Sequence record: DRR723986_1366
Strand: one strand, 5' to 3'
DNA: 46,172 bases
A model generated the notes under the pieces. The model had not been told where the DNA came from. It searched no databases and worked only from the letters and a program-made list of their open reading frames with translations. The translations under genes and the position numbers were made by a program. This document shows positions 18,925 through 28,430 of the stretch, piece by piece (positions within the stretch are counted from its first letter, which is position 1; each line of letters begins with the position of its first letter).

Positions 18925-19407
18925 TTGAGCAAACGATCTGAAGACGCCCTGATTGCCCTGCGCCGGATACAGCGCGTGACAGAGATGGCCTCAAAGCGCC
19001 TCGCCCGGACGGCAGGATTGAACCCGTCACAGCTGAGCGTGCTGCGTATTCTCACGGAGTACCCTGAAGTTTCAGCGGGCTATCTCGCCGAGGCCACCCA
19101 GTTGAAACACGCCACCATCAGCAGCCTGATCGACAAGCTCGAGGCGCGTGGCCTCATCTCTCGCCGCAGATGCGATGAAGACAAACGCCGCGTCTGGTTG
19201 CGCCTGCTGGACGCGGGCAAGGCTGCGCTGGCCAACGCGCCGGACCCGCTACATGAAACATTTTCGGCGCGGTTCGACGCCTTGCCAGACTGGCAACAGG
19301 CCATGCTCATCGCTTCTCTTGAGCAAGTGACCAGCTTGCTGGATGCGCAGAATATCGAAGCCGCCCCAGTCCTGGACATCGGCGAACTCGACAACCACGA
19401 CTTGTAA
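18925..19407 (+). CDS. MarR-family regulator, EctR/CosR-like
   Basis: ALIALRRI.R...LAR.AGL, winged-helix DKLEARGLISR...DKRRV, and C-terminal AAPVL. TTG start is uncertain. Confidence 0.85.
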   Translation: MSKRSEDALIALRRIQRVTEMASKRLARTAGLNPSQLSVLRILTEYPEVSAGYLAEATQLKHATISSLIDKLEARGLISRRRCDEDKRRVWLRLLDAGKAALANAPDPLHETFSARFDALPDWQQAMLIASLEQVTSLLDAQNIEAAPVLDIGELDNHDL

Positions 19408-19593
19408 ACCGCTAGATACTATTGGGCGCCCCTGCCGATACGCCCCATATTTGTCTTTACACGGATGGATTGGACCCACGCCGATACGCCGAAGTTTCGG
19501 CCTGCATTTGGAAGATGCAAATGCGCTATCGGAACAGGACAAAGCGACAGGCTTTGGAAAGTGTTTTGCCGTGCCGGCCCGAGTAGGCGCCGA

Positions 19594-20370
19594 TTACCGG
19601 GCGCCCTGTCCGTCATCGACGCGAATGCACGTACCAGTCACGGCATCTGACGCCGGGCTCAAAAGATAGAGCAATGTCGAGTCGAGTTGGGCAGGATTGC
19701 CGATCCGCTTGCGCGGAAAATGCTGGGCGATATCGCCCATCCGGCTCAACATTCCGTCCATCATCTCTGATTCAAAGGCACCCGGTGCAATCGCATTGAC
19801 GTTGATGTTGTTGCGCGCCCATTCGACCGAAAGTGTCTCCGTTATCCGGACAACAGCTGCTTTCGACACGGAATAAAGCGCCGCACCTTCCCCGCGATAG
19901 CTATAAGCTGCAGAAGACGCGATATTGACGATGCGTCCCGGTTTTCCCGCAGCCATCAATCGCCTGGCGACTTCGCAGCTAAGGACGAATGGGGCACGCA
20001 CGTTGATATCGAGCACACGATCGATCAGATCGATTTCCATCTTGTGCGCACGCTGTGCATCCGGAATGCCGGCATTGTTGACAAGAATTGTTACGAGCCC
20101 GAGTTCGGCCTCAGCCTTTGCGACGCCTGCGATCATCTGGTCCGCATCGGTCGCGTCCATCTCGATGGCGACGGCTTCTCCACCATCTTTCCGTATTTCG
20201 TCAGCCAGCGCCTCCAGACGGTCGAGACGCCTGGCCGCCAGCGCAACCTTGGCCCCGCATTTCGAAAGGACCTTGGCAAAACGAAGACCAAGCCCGGAAG
20301 ATGCGCCAGTCACAAGCGCAGTTTGCCCTGTCAGATCCGTCGAAGCGTTGGGAAGAGGATATTCCATCAC
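19594..20370 (-). CDS. SDR-family NAD(P)-dependent oxidoreductase
   Basis: Motifs TGASSGLG, NNAG, catalytic YSVSK and NAIAPG. Confidence 0.95.
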   Translation of the reverse strand: MMEYPLPNASTDLTGQTALVTGASSGLGLRFAKVLSKCGAKVALAARRLDRLEALADEIRKDGGEAVAIEMDATDADQMIAGVAKAEAELGLVTILVNNAGIPDAQRAHKMEIDLIDRVLDINVRAPFVLSCEVARRLMAAGKPGRIVNIASSAAYSYRGEGAALYSVSKAAVVRITETLSVEWARNNINVNAIAPGAFESEMMDGMLSRMGDIAQHFPRKRIGNPAQLDSTLLYLLSPASDAVTGTCIRVDDGQGAR

Positions 20371-21623
20371 TTACGTTTCCCACTTGTTGGTATTTCCTTG
20401 AACGGAACATTTTTGTCGACGCGAATGTCACCGGGCAGGCCGAGCACACGTTCCCCGATAATGTTACGTAGGATTTCGTCCGATCCACCCTCGATACGCG
20501 TCGCGGGCGATCGCATGAGCATGGATTGGAAACGGCCGTTCTGAGGACTGGTCTCATCCCATAGAACGCCTGCCTGTCCCTGAAGATCCAGCGCATAAAT
20601 CGAGAGGTCCTGCATCGTCGCACCTGCAACGAGCTTGCCGATCGAATTCTCAGGTCCTGGCGTCTCACCTTTCGACAGCGCTGTGATGGCACGCATGCCG
20701 GTATATTTAAGACCGCTCTGACGCACTGCGAACTGAGCGAGCTTCGACCGAACGGATGAATCCTCTACCGCCGGGCGTCCATCAACCTCAGCTTCCATAC
20801 AGAACCGGAACAGTTCCGGGAAACCAGCAGACATGCCGGAACCGATGGACAGGCGCTCGTTCATAAGTGTGGTCAACGAGACTTCCCATCCCTGTCCTAC
20901 CGCGCCGAGGCGCTGCGCGTCCGGAATGCGAACATCTGTGAAATAGACCTCATTGAAACCGGAGGCACCGTTTGCCTGTTTGATCGGCACGACCTCAACG
21001 CCCGGCGTCCTCATCGACAGGAAGAACATCGTCAGGCCTTTGTGCTTCGGCACGTCCGGATCTGTCCGGGTAATCAGGAGACCCCAGTCAGAATTCTGCG
21101 CCCCACTGGTCCAGATTTTCTGACCATTGATGATCCAGTCACCCGAGCCATCGTCAGCTTTCACCGCGCGTGTACGAAGGCCGGCCAGGTCAGAACCACC
21201 GGCTGGCTCAGAGAAGAGCTGGCACCAGATCTCTTCACCGCTGGCGAGCGGCGGCAGGAGCTCACGCTTCTGCTCTTCAGTGGCCCAAGCCATGACCGTC
21301 GGCCCGCACATGCCGTGACCGATGGTGAACGGTCCCGACAGGGCAGCGTAAGGCCCTTCTTCCTGTCCCCAGATGACGCGTTCAATCGGCGTGCGAGCAG
21401 CCCCGCCATATTCCTTCGGCCAGTGGAGACAGGCCCAGCCTGCTTCGGCTTTCTTCTTCTGCCATGCTTTGCCGGCTGCAATCGGGTCTTCGCTAACGAC
21501 GCCGCTGGAACCAAAATTGGCGCGGCGCAGTTCAGCTTCCAGATGCTTCGGTGCATTGGCGTCGATCCAGGCCCGCACTTCCTTGCGGAAAGCTGCTTCT
21601 TCGGGTGTGTCTTCGAAATCCAT
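20367..21623 (-). CDS. Acyl-CoA dehydrogenase, large/catalytic subunit (PimC-like)
   Basis: Motifs WCQLFSEPAGGSDLA, NGQKIWTS, FNEVYFTDVRIP and RIEGGSDEILRNII. Confidence 0.93.
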   Translation of the reverse strand: MDFEDTPEEAAFRKEVRAWIDANAPKHLEAELRRANFGSSGVVSEDPIAAGKAWQKKKAEAGWACLHWPKEYGGAARTPIERVIWGQEEGPYAALSGPFTIGHGMCGPTVMAWATEEQKRELLPPLASGEEIWCQLFSEPAGGSDLAGLRTRAVKADDGSGDWIINGQKIWTSGAQNSDWGLLITRTDPDVPKHKGLTMFFLSMRTPGVEVVPIKQANGASGFNEVYFTDVRIPDAQRLGAVGQGWEVSLTTLMNERLSIGSGMSAGFPELFRFCMEAEVDGRPAVEDSSVRSKLAQFAVRQSGLKYTGMRAITALSKGETPGPENSIGKLVAGATMQDLSIYALDLQGQAGVLWDETSPQNGRFQSMLMRSPATRIEGGSDEILRNIIGERVLGLPGDIRVDKNVPFKEIPTSGKRK

Positions 21624-21638
21624 GTCCCTGCCCTTTCC

Positions 21639-22763
21639 TTATGCTGCTGTTTCGGCGTTGCCAGCGCTCATGCGCTCAATCAGTTCGCTTTCCCATGTGG
21701 AGAGCGACCCGAGCGCCAGCGCCAGACCATTGGACCGCCGGTAAAAGAGATGGCAATCAAACGCCCAGGTGAAGCCCATGCCGCCATGCACCTGAATGTT
21801 GCTCTTGGAGCAATGCTGGAAAGCTGTTGTTGCCGAGACACGCGCTGTGGCCGCCGCAACCGGCAGCTCCGCCGGACTGGAGCCAAGCGCCCAGGCGCCA
21901 TAGTAGCAATTGGAACGCGCCAGCGTGGCAGACACATACATATCCGCCAGCATGTGCTTGATCGCCTGGAATGAGCCGATCGGGCGTCCGAAAGCCATAC
22001 GCTCCAGCGCATAATCACGCGCCATTTCCAGAGCCCGGTCAGCGCCGCCTAATTGCTCAAACGCCATCAGGACCGCAGCGCGATCCATCACTTGCGTCGC
22101 GATGTGCCAGCCATCACCGGCCGCACCCAATGATTCAACAGACACACTTTCGAATGTAATGCGCGCCTGGCCACGGGTTGGGTCAATTGTCTCCAGCGCC
22201 TCACGCGTAACGCCGTCGCCCGTGAGGGAAGCAAGATACAGTGAAATGCCATCTGCCTCATCTCGCGCGGCAACAATGGCAAAGTCCGCATCACCCCCAT
22301 CGGCAACAGGCATTTTGGTGCCGGAAAGTTTCCCACCTTTGACAGTCGCAGAAATCTTGTCTGGTCGAACGCGGCCTTGGCCCTCGACTAAAGCGAAGGT
22401 GCCGATCGCTTCACCGGAGGCGAGCTTCGGCAACCACTCGGACTTCTGGGTCTCGGAACCTGCCAGCAGCAGAAACTCCGCCGCGAGATAGATTGAAGAC
22501 GATACCGGCACCGGGGCGAGTACCCGGCCCAGTTCTTCTGCAACCACGCACAGTTCAAGATGGCCCAGACCAACGCCGCCATACTCCTCGGGAATGGCAG
22601 CGCCGAGTAGCCCCATCTCTGCGAGTCCGGCGTAGAGCGATTTATCGTAACGCTCGCCCCCTTCAAGAATGGCACGAACCGCCTCAGGTGGACATTTTTC
22701 GCTCAGGAAGCGGCGCACCTGATCGCGCAATTGCTTCTGCTCGTCGGAGAAGTCGAGGTTCAA
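21639..22763 (-). CDS. Acyl-CoA dehydrogenase, small subunit (PimD-like)
   Basis: Motifs R.AFGRPIGSFQAIKH and IQVHGGMGFTW; TTG start with GGAGG RBS. It lacks the C-terminal IxxGxxE segment. Confidence 0.92.
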   Translation of the reverse strand: MNLDFSDEQKQLRDQVRRFLSEKCPPEAVRAILEGGERYDKSLYAGLAEMGLLGAAIPEEYGGVGLGHLELCVVAEELGRVLAPVPVSSSIYLAAEFLLLAGSETQKSEWLPKLASGEAIGTFALVEGQGRVRPDKISATVKGGKLSGTKMPVADGGDADFAIVAARDEADGISLYLASLTGDGVTREALETIDPTRGQARITFESVSVESLGAAGDGWHIATQVMDRAAVLMAFEQLGGADRALEMARDYALERMAFGRPIGSFQAIKHMLADMYVSATLARSNCYYGAWALGSSPAELPVAAATARVSATTAFQHCSKSNIQVHGGMGFTWAFDCHLFYRRSNGLALALGSLSTWESELIERMSAGNAETAA

Positions 22764-22865
22764 TTTATCCTCCCGGTTTTATGATTATCCGAAGTGTCCA
22801 AGTCCACCCGGCTCAGGTCAAGCCATGCCGCCAAGGCATCCTCTTTCAATTCCCGGTACTCCCTA

Positions 22866-23663
22866 TCAGGAGTAGTTTGGCTTCCGCTTTTCGAAGAACG
22901 CCGCAATGCCTTCCGCGAAATTGGGATCGTTTGCGGTCAGGATCTGATTGCGATCTTCAATGGCCATTGCAGCTTCGAGACCTGCCACATCGACCGCAAT
23001 ATTCAGACCGTCTTTTGTGAGACGCAGTCCGAGCGGTGTTGCGTGAAGCATGTCTTCCACAAAGCCATCCGCTTCTTTACGCATCTCACTGCCGTGAACG
23101 ACCCGGTTAGCCAGACCAATCTCCATGGCACGCTGCGCTGAAATGAAACGCCCGGTCAGCATGTACTCGCTTGCCAGCGACATCCCGACCATACGCGGCA
23201 GGAAGTACGACACGCCCATGTCGCAGGAAGAGAGTCCAATCCGGATGAAGGCTGCATTCATGCGCGCATCTTCTGACAGGATCCGGATGTCTGACGCCAG
23301 CGCCAGGGCAAACCCGCCTCCGCTCGCAGCGCCCTGAACAAGGCTGATAATCGGCTGCGGACACCGGCGCATTGCGACGTAGATCTCGGCGATGGACCGC
23401 TGATTGTCGAGCCCCTGCTCAACACTGCGTTTCCCGCGATTCTCAGAAGAATCCTTGAGATCCAGTCCTGCACAAAATGCCCGGCCGGCGCCTTCCAGCA
23501 CGACGACGCGAACGGACCGGTCGAAATAGAGGGATTGAAAAACCTCCCGCAGCTCCGACACCATTTGAGGGTTCAAGGCATTCAGCCGGTCGGGCCGATT
23601 CATCTTGATATTCAGGACCTGGTCTTTTTGCTCCAGAATGAGCGCCTGATAATCTAACTTCAT
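22866..23663 (-). CDS. Enoyl-CoA hydratase/isomerase family protein
   Basis: Motifs NRPDRLNAL, AFCAGLDL, GAASGGGFALALASDIR and EGIAAFFEKRKP; ATG at 23663. Confidence 0.94.
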   Translation of the reverse strand: MKLDYQALILEQKDQVLNIKMNRPDRLNALNPQMVSELREVFQSLYFDRSVRVVVLEGAGRAFCAGLDLKDSSENRGKRSVEQGLDNQRSIAEIYVAMRRCPQPIISLVQGAASGGGFALALASDIRILSEDARMNAAFIRIGLSSCDMGVSYFLPRMVGMSLASEYMLTGRFISAQRAMEIGLANRVVHGSEMRKEADGFVEDMLHATPLGLRLTKDGLNIAVDVAGLEAAMAIEDRNQILTANDPNFAEGIAAFFEKRKPNYS

Positions 23664-23943
23664 GGTGTCTGGCCTCCGTGGTTCCTCCTGCAAACTCTGA
23701 GGCGGAGAGGCGGTTGAGCGCAAGGCCTTTCGTTGCGGAATGACGCTCCGTAGGCCTACGATCTGACACTGGAAATCAACAAACCGGCATTCCCCAAGGG
23801 CAAGCAAAAGTCATCCATATTTGGTCTCAAGTGCGTGGAAAAAGCTTGTGGAACCAAGCAGACACCCCATAACTTCGCCTCCGGAAACGAAACGACAAAT
23901 GCCCTCATTCGCGAGAGGCACCCAAAAAGCCACGAAGATCCCG

Positions 23944-25983
23944 ATGACCATTGCGACAACCAAGTATCCCCACCTCTTTTCTCCGCTTCAGGTCGGAAAA
24001 ACGAAGATCAAGAACCGTGCAATCATGGGATCGATGCATACCGGTCTTGAGGAACAGGAGGATGGTCACATCCGTATGGCTGAGTTCTTCGCAGAACGGG
24101 CACGCGGTGGGATCGGCCTCATCATTACAGGCGGCATTTCGCCGAACGAGGAAGGTGGCCTGGGCGCAAAACTTACAAACGCCGAGGAAGTCGCCCGGCA
24201 TCGGGTCATTACAGATGCCGTTCATGAAGCCGCACACGACGCGCGGATCTGCATGCAGATCCTGCATTCTGGTCCACTCGCACCGCACGACAAATGCGTC
24301 GCCCCCTCACCCGTTCGGTCACGGATCGCGCGCTTCGTTCCGAATGAGCTCGATGAAGAAGGCATAGGAAAACAGCTCTCCGATTTCGCCAACTGTGCCA
24401 AATGCGCGAAGGACGCGGGCTATGACGGCGTTGAGATCATCGGATCCGCCGGATACCTGCTGTCGACTTTCCTCGTCCAGAAAACCAACCTTCGCACGGA
24501 CCGCTGGGGCGGCTCATTCGAAAACCGTATGCGCTTTCCGCTGGAAGTAGTGCGCCGGGCCCGGGCGGCCGTTGGCGAAGACTTCATTATCATCTTCCGC
24601 ATTGCTGCCATGGACATGCTACAAGGTGGCATGTCGTGGGAAGAAATCGTGGAGCTCGCCCACGAACTGGAAAAAGCGGGCGTTTCCATCATCTCCACGC
24701 ATTTTACCTGGCATGAGTCAGCTGTCCCAACCATTGCCACGATGGTTCCCCGCGCAGCATTCACCAGCGTGACGGGGCGCCTTAAAAAAGTGGTCAACGT
24801 TCCGGTCATCACAAGCAATCGTATCAATATGCCGGATGTTGCAGAGGCTGTTCTGGAACGCGGGGATGCCGATCTGGTCTCCATGGCTCGTCCGATGCTC
24901 GCCGACTCCCAATTCATGAAGAAGGCGGCTGAAGGACGAGAAGACGAGATCAATACCTGTATCGCCTGCAACCAGGCGTGTCTGGATCACACGTTTGGCG
25001 GCAACCAGGAAGTCAGCTGTCTGGTCAATCCCCGCGCCTGTCACGAGACCCAGCTGGAGTACAAACCCACCAATGCCCCGAAGCGTATTGCCGTTGTTGG
25101 CGCAGGCCCGGCGGGTCTCGCCTATTCTACAATTGCAGCGGAGCGCGGACACGAAGTCGACCTATTTGACCAGTCCACCGAAATCGGTGGTCAGTTCAAT
25201 CTGGCGAAAAGAATTCCGGGCAAAGAGGAGTTTTACGAAACGCTACGGTACTTCAAACGGCAGCTCGAAGTGACCGGCGTCAATGTGAAACTTGGGAAGC
25301 GCGTCAATTCGGACTTCCTCAAGTCGGGCGGCTATGACGAAATCATCTTCGCAACCGGCATCAGCCCGAGAACGCCAGCGATTGAAGGCATCGATCACCC
25401 AAGTGTCATCGGCTACATCGACGCGATCATGGGCAACAAGCCCATCGGAAAGCGCGTTGCGATTATCGGCGCGGGCGGTATCGGCTTCGACGTCGCCGAG
25501 CTCATCACGCATGTTGGCAAATCATCGGCGCTCGACATCGATAAGTTTGCGAAAGAGTGGGGTATCGACTTCAAGAACCACCCGCGAGGCGGCGTGACCG
25601 GCGTTGAGCCGATCGTAGAAGAATCTCCGCGGGAAGTCTGGCTGCTGCAGCGCAAGAACACGGCTGTTGGCCGCGGACTTGGCAAGACAACTGGCTGGAC
25701 ACACCGCCTGACGCTAAATCGCAAGGGCGTTCAGATGATACCGGGAGTCACATATGAACGGATCGACGACGAAGGCCTGCACTGCCTGATCGACGGAGAA
25801 CCCAAGACACTGGAAGTCGATACGATCATCCTGTGCGCCGGACAGGAACCTCTGCGTGATGTGTACAGCGAGTTTGAAGGAGCGTCGGACAATATTGCAC
25901 TTGTCGGAGGCGCTTTCGAAGCCGCGGAACTCGATGCGAAGCGGGCGATCAACCAGGCCGCCCACATGGCAGCAGAGGTCTAA
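23944..25983 (+). CDS. fadH: NADPH-dependent 2,4-dienoyl-CoA reductase
   Basis: MGSMHTGLE, TIM-barrel OYE domain, 4Fe-4S motif CIACNQAC...C, GAGPAG and AAELDAKRAI. ATG at 23944. Confidence 0.92.
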   Translation: MTIATTKYPHLFSPLQVGKTKIKNRAIMGSMHTGLEEQEDGHIRMAEFFAERARGGIGLIITGGISPNEEGGLGAKLTNAEEVARHRVITDAVHEAAHDARICMQILHSGPLAPHDKCVAPSPVRSRIARFVPNELDEEGIGKQLSDFANCAKCAKDAGYDGVEIIGSAGYLLSTFLVQKTNLRTDRWGGSFENRMRFPLEVVRRARAAVGEDFIIIFRIAAMDMLQGGMSWEEIVELAHELEKAGVSIISTHFTWHESAVPTIATMVPRAAFTSVTGRLKKVVNVPVITSNRINMPDVAEAVLERGDADLVSMARPMLADSQFMKKAAEGREDEINTCIACNQACLDHTFGGNQEVSCLVNPRACHETQLEYKPTNAPKRIAVVGAGPAGLAYSTIAAERGHEVDLFDQSTEIGGQFNLAKRIPGKEEFYETLRYFKRQLEVTGVNVKLGKRVNSDFLKSGGYDEIIFATGISPRTPAIEGIDHPSVIGYIDAIMGNKPIGKRVAIIGAGGIGFDVAELITHVGKSSALDIDKFAKEWGIDFKNHPRGGVTGVEPIVEESPREVWLLQRKNTAVGRGLGKTTGWTHRLTLNRKGVQMIPGVTYERIDDEGLHCLIDGEPKTLEVDTIILCAGQEPLRDVYSEFEGASDNIALVGGAFEAAELDAKRAINQAAHMAAEV

Positions 25984-26023
25984 CCCCCCTTAAGCAGCTG
26001 TCCGCTTCCTGATAATCTCATTG

Positions 26024-26058
26024 TGGCCATGCCAATTCTCGAGGGAATCGCATGGCCA
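26024..26058. other. Inverted repeat / hairpin after fadH
   Basis: TGGCCATGC...GCATGGCCA with 9-bp arms and an inner ATTC/GAAT pair. Confidence 0.45.
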
Positions 26059-26188
26059 TTTGCGTTCTGGACACAAACATTGAGCGATTGCCTCTCTCAG
26101 AAGAATGCTCTGACCAACATCCGGACCGAGGTCTGATCTACCCCGACGTCAGGCCTTTCGGGGCTTATCCGGCGCTTGCCGAAAATAT

Positions 26189-26202
26189 TGGAACATGTTC
26201 TA
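26189..26202. promoter_or_regulatory. Palindromic TetR-type operator candidate
   Basis: TGGAACATGTTCTA with perfect core GAACATGTTC, 26 nt upstream of the GTG start at 26229. Confidence 0.55.
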
Positions 26203-26228
26203 GTTTTCTCGAAAAGGGAGAAAACAAC

Positions 26229-26471
26229 GTGCCGACCAAACAGCTTTCAAGAGTCCGGAAATCCATTCTGCCGGTTGCCGGCGACACATGGCAGAGTATC
26301 GCCCGCCGTGAACTTACGGATATGGATATTGAGGAGGGCGTGTCCAGCCTGCAAAGCTGGAACCTGCATGTTTTCATGCGTTCATCAGGTGCGGTTGGCG
26401 GCCCCAAATCGGGCAACCCCATCCTGCCGAGCGATGTCATCTTCATCGAACCACCCATGAGCGATGCATGA
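26229..26471 (+). CDS. Small hypothetical protein with LysM-like pattern (80 aa)
   Basis: GTG start preceded by AAGGGAG. Pattern GDTWQSIARR...WN...ILPSDVIFIEP. Its stop overlaps the next start. Confidence 0.6.
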   Translation: MPTKQLSRVRKSILPVAGDTWQSIARRELTDMDIEEGVSSLQSWNLHVFMRSSGAVGGPKSGNPILPSDVIFIEPPMSDA

Positions 26472-26719
26472 ACACCGCCAAGATTCGGGAAGTGCACATT
26501 GCCGCTGCCCATGATGGTGAAGCGGAACTTCTGGTGACACTGGAATACGCCAATGGCGGCCGGACGCAGGTGACGCTCGATGAGTTTGCCGCTCGCGCCC
26601 TGCTCTCGAGCTGCCAGGCTGAGAGACCGGATGACCTCATCGGAGCCGACTGGGTGCTCGTTCGTGATGCCCTCATCGCCTCTTCTGAACGATACGCAGA
26701 CAACATAACAAACGAATGA
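26468..26719 (+). CDS. Small hypothetical protein (83 aa)
   Basis: ATGA overlap with the upstream gene, typical codon usage, and it ends 16 nt before the next gene. Confidence 0.65.
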   Translation: MNTAKIREVHIAAAHDGEAELLVTLEYANGGRTQVTLDEFAARALLSSCQAERPDDLIGADWVLVRDALIASSERYADNITNE

Positions 26720-26735
26720 ATGGGAGATAGCTGAC

Positions 26736-28430
26736 ATGTATGACCTGATCATCAGGAACGGTACGGTCATCGACGGGTCCGGGCTGCCAGCCTACAAGGC
26801 TGATATTGCCTTGCGCGGGAACAAGATCGAGAAAATCGGCCGTATCCCGGAAACAGCAGCGAAGGAAATTGATGCTGATGGACGGATCGTGGCTCCGGGC
26901 TTCATCGATCCGCACACGCATTTTGATGCCCAGCTATTATGGGACGGCTTTGCGAAGCCTGCACTTTCTCATGGCGTGACAACCATCGTACCGGGAAATT
27001 GCTCACTTTCCCTCGCACCGCTCAAGGCTGAACATCGGATGAAACTGGTCGGCATGTTCAACCAGATCGAAGAGATGCCGCTCAAAGCATTTGAAGAAGG
27101 CGTCGTCTGGGATTGGGAAACCTTTTCAGAATACATCACGCGTATTCGCAAGGGGCTTGCCATCAACGTTGCCCCGCTGGTCGGCCATAGTGTCCTGCGC
27201 CTGTGGGTGATGGGTGACGCAGCGATGGAGCGCACGGCAACCGACGCAGAAATTGCCGACATGCAGTCTGTCCTGCGTGAATGCCTGGACGCCGGCGCTA
27301 TAGGGCTATCGACCAGCTATGTCGACATGGACGAAAAATTGCAGCCAGTCCCAAGCCGGCATGCAGATGCCGGCGAAGTGGATGCTCTGGCCAGCGTCCT
27401 CGGCGAATATGGGTGGGTGCTCCAGATTGTTCCGGAATTCTATGACCCAGATCTGACGATCGCGCGACTGGACCAGTTGGCAGAACTTTCCCTGAAGTAT
27501 GGCATTCCGACGACTTTCTCGCCCCTCTTTGTGAACGCCGACAATATGGATGCCGTCGACAAGGTGATCCGCCGGGTGGACGAACAGTTCGCGCGCGGTG
27601 CGCGTGTCTGGCCGCAGGTACAAACGCGACCGATCGACATCAGCTTCTGCTTCGCTGTACCGAGCCTGCTCTTCATCCGCCTGCCGAGCTGGTATGGGGT
27701 GATGCGGTTTGGCACGCACGATCAGATCATGGCGGCATTCCGTGACGCGGAAACCCGCAAGAAGCTGGTCACCGAAGCAGCGCAGCAGGGCGATATGTGG
27801 CCGCTTCTGCGGCTCCGCCACGTCAATACGGCAGACAACCAGAAATATGTCGGCAAGACACTAGCCGAAATCGCCGATATGCGGGGAACGACTCCAATTG
27901 ACGCAATGATCGACCTTTCACTTGAGGAAGATCTCGATGCGCATTTCATCGCCGCAAGCATGGGGCATAACTCGGACGAAAAAGTCTCCAGCATGCTGAA
28001 ACATCCTCGCGTCCACATTGGTGCGAGCGATGGAGGGGCGCACATCCTCTCATTCTCGACCTATGGCGATACGGGTTACCTTTTCGGTCATTTCGTTCGT
28101 GATTTGAAGGCGATGAGCATCGAAGAAGCAGTCAAGAAAGTTACCCACGATACGGCCGCCATCTGGGGCATCCCGGACCGCGGCGTGCTTCAAACGGGCT
28201 ACGTTGCCGACATTGTCATTTTCGATCCGGACGCAATCGACCGGGGAGAAGAAATCTACGTTCAGGACGTGCCGGGCGACGGTAGCCGTTATGTGCGGGA
28301 ATCCCACGGAGTCGACACCGTTATTGTAGGTGGTGGTATCGCCTGGTCTGCTAGCGAAGGGTATCAGGAAACGCGAGGCACAGTCCTTCCCGGGGCCAAG
28401 ACCGAAACACACCCGATGGAGGCGGCATGA
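26736..28430 (+). CDS. N-acyl-D-amino-acid deacylase-like amidohydrolase
   Basis: Motifs PGFIDPHTHFD, GVTTIVPGNC, SDGGAH and RGVLQTGYVADIVIFD. Confidence 0.92.
   Translation: MYDLIIRNGTVIDGSGLPAYKADIALRGNKIEKIGRIPETAAKEIDADGRIVAPGFIDPHTHFDAQLLWDGFAKPALSHGVTTIVPGNCSLSLAPLKAEHRMKLVGMFNQIEEMPLKAFEEGVVWDWETFSEYITRIRKGLAINVAPLVGHSVLRLWVMGDAAMERTATDAEIADMQSVLRECLDAGAIGLSTSYVDMDEKLQPVPSRHADAGEVDALASVLGEYGWVLQIVPEFYDPDLTIARLDQLAELSLKYGIPTTFSPLFVNADNMDAVDKVIRRVDEQFARGARVWPQVQTRPIDISFCFAVPSLLFIRLPSWYGVMRFGTHDQIMAAFRDAETRKKLVTEAAQQGDMWPLLRLRHVNTADNQKYVGKTLAEIADMRGTTPIDAMIDLSLEEDLDAHFIAASMGHNSDEKVSSMLKHPRVHIGASDGGAHILSFSTYGDTGYLFGHFVRDLKAMSIEEAVKKVTHDTAAIWGIPDRGVLQTGYVADIVIFDPDAIDRGEEIYVQDVPGDGSRYVRESHGVDTVIVGGGIAWSASEGYQETRGTVLPGAKTETHPMEAA

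Noticed and set aside
26052-26228. Upstream extension of the 139-aa track ORF
   Set aside because: It spans a hairpin and the operator/promoter. The GTG at 26229 has a much better RBS.
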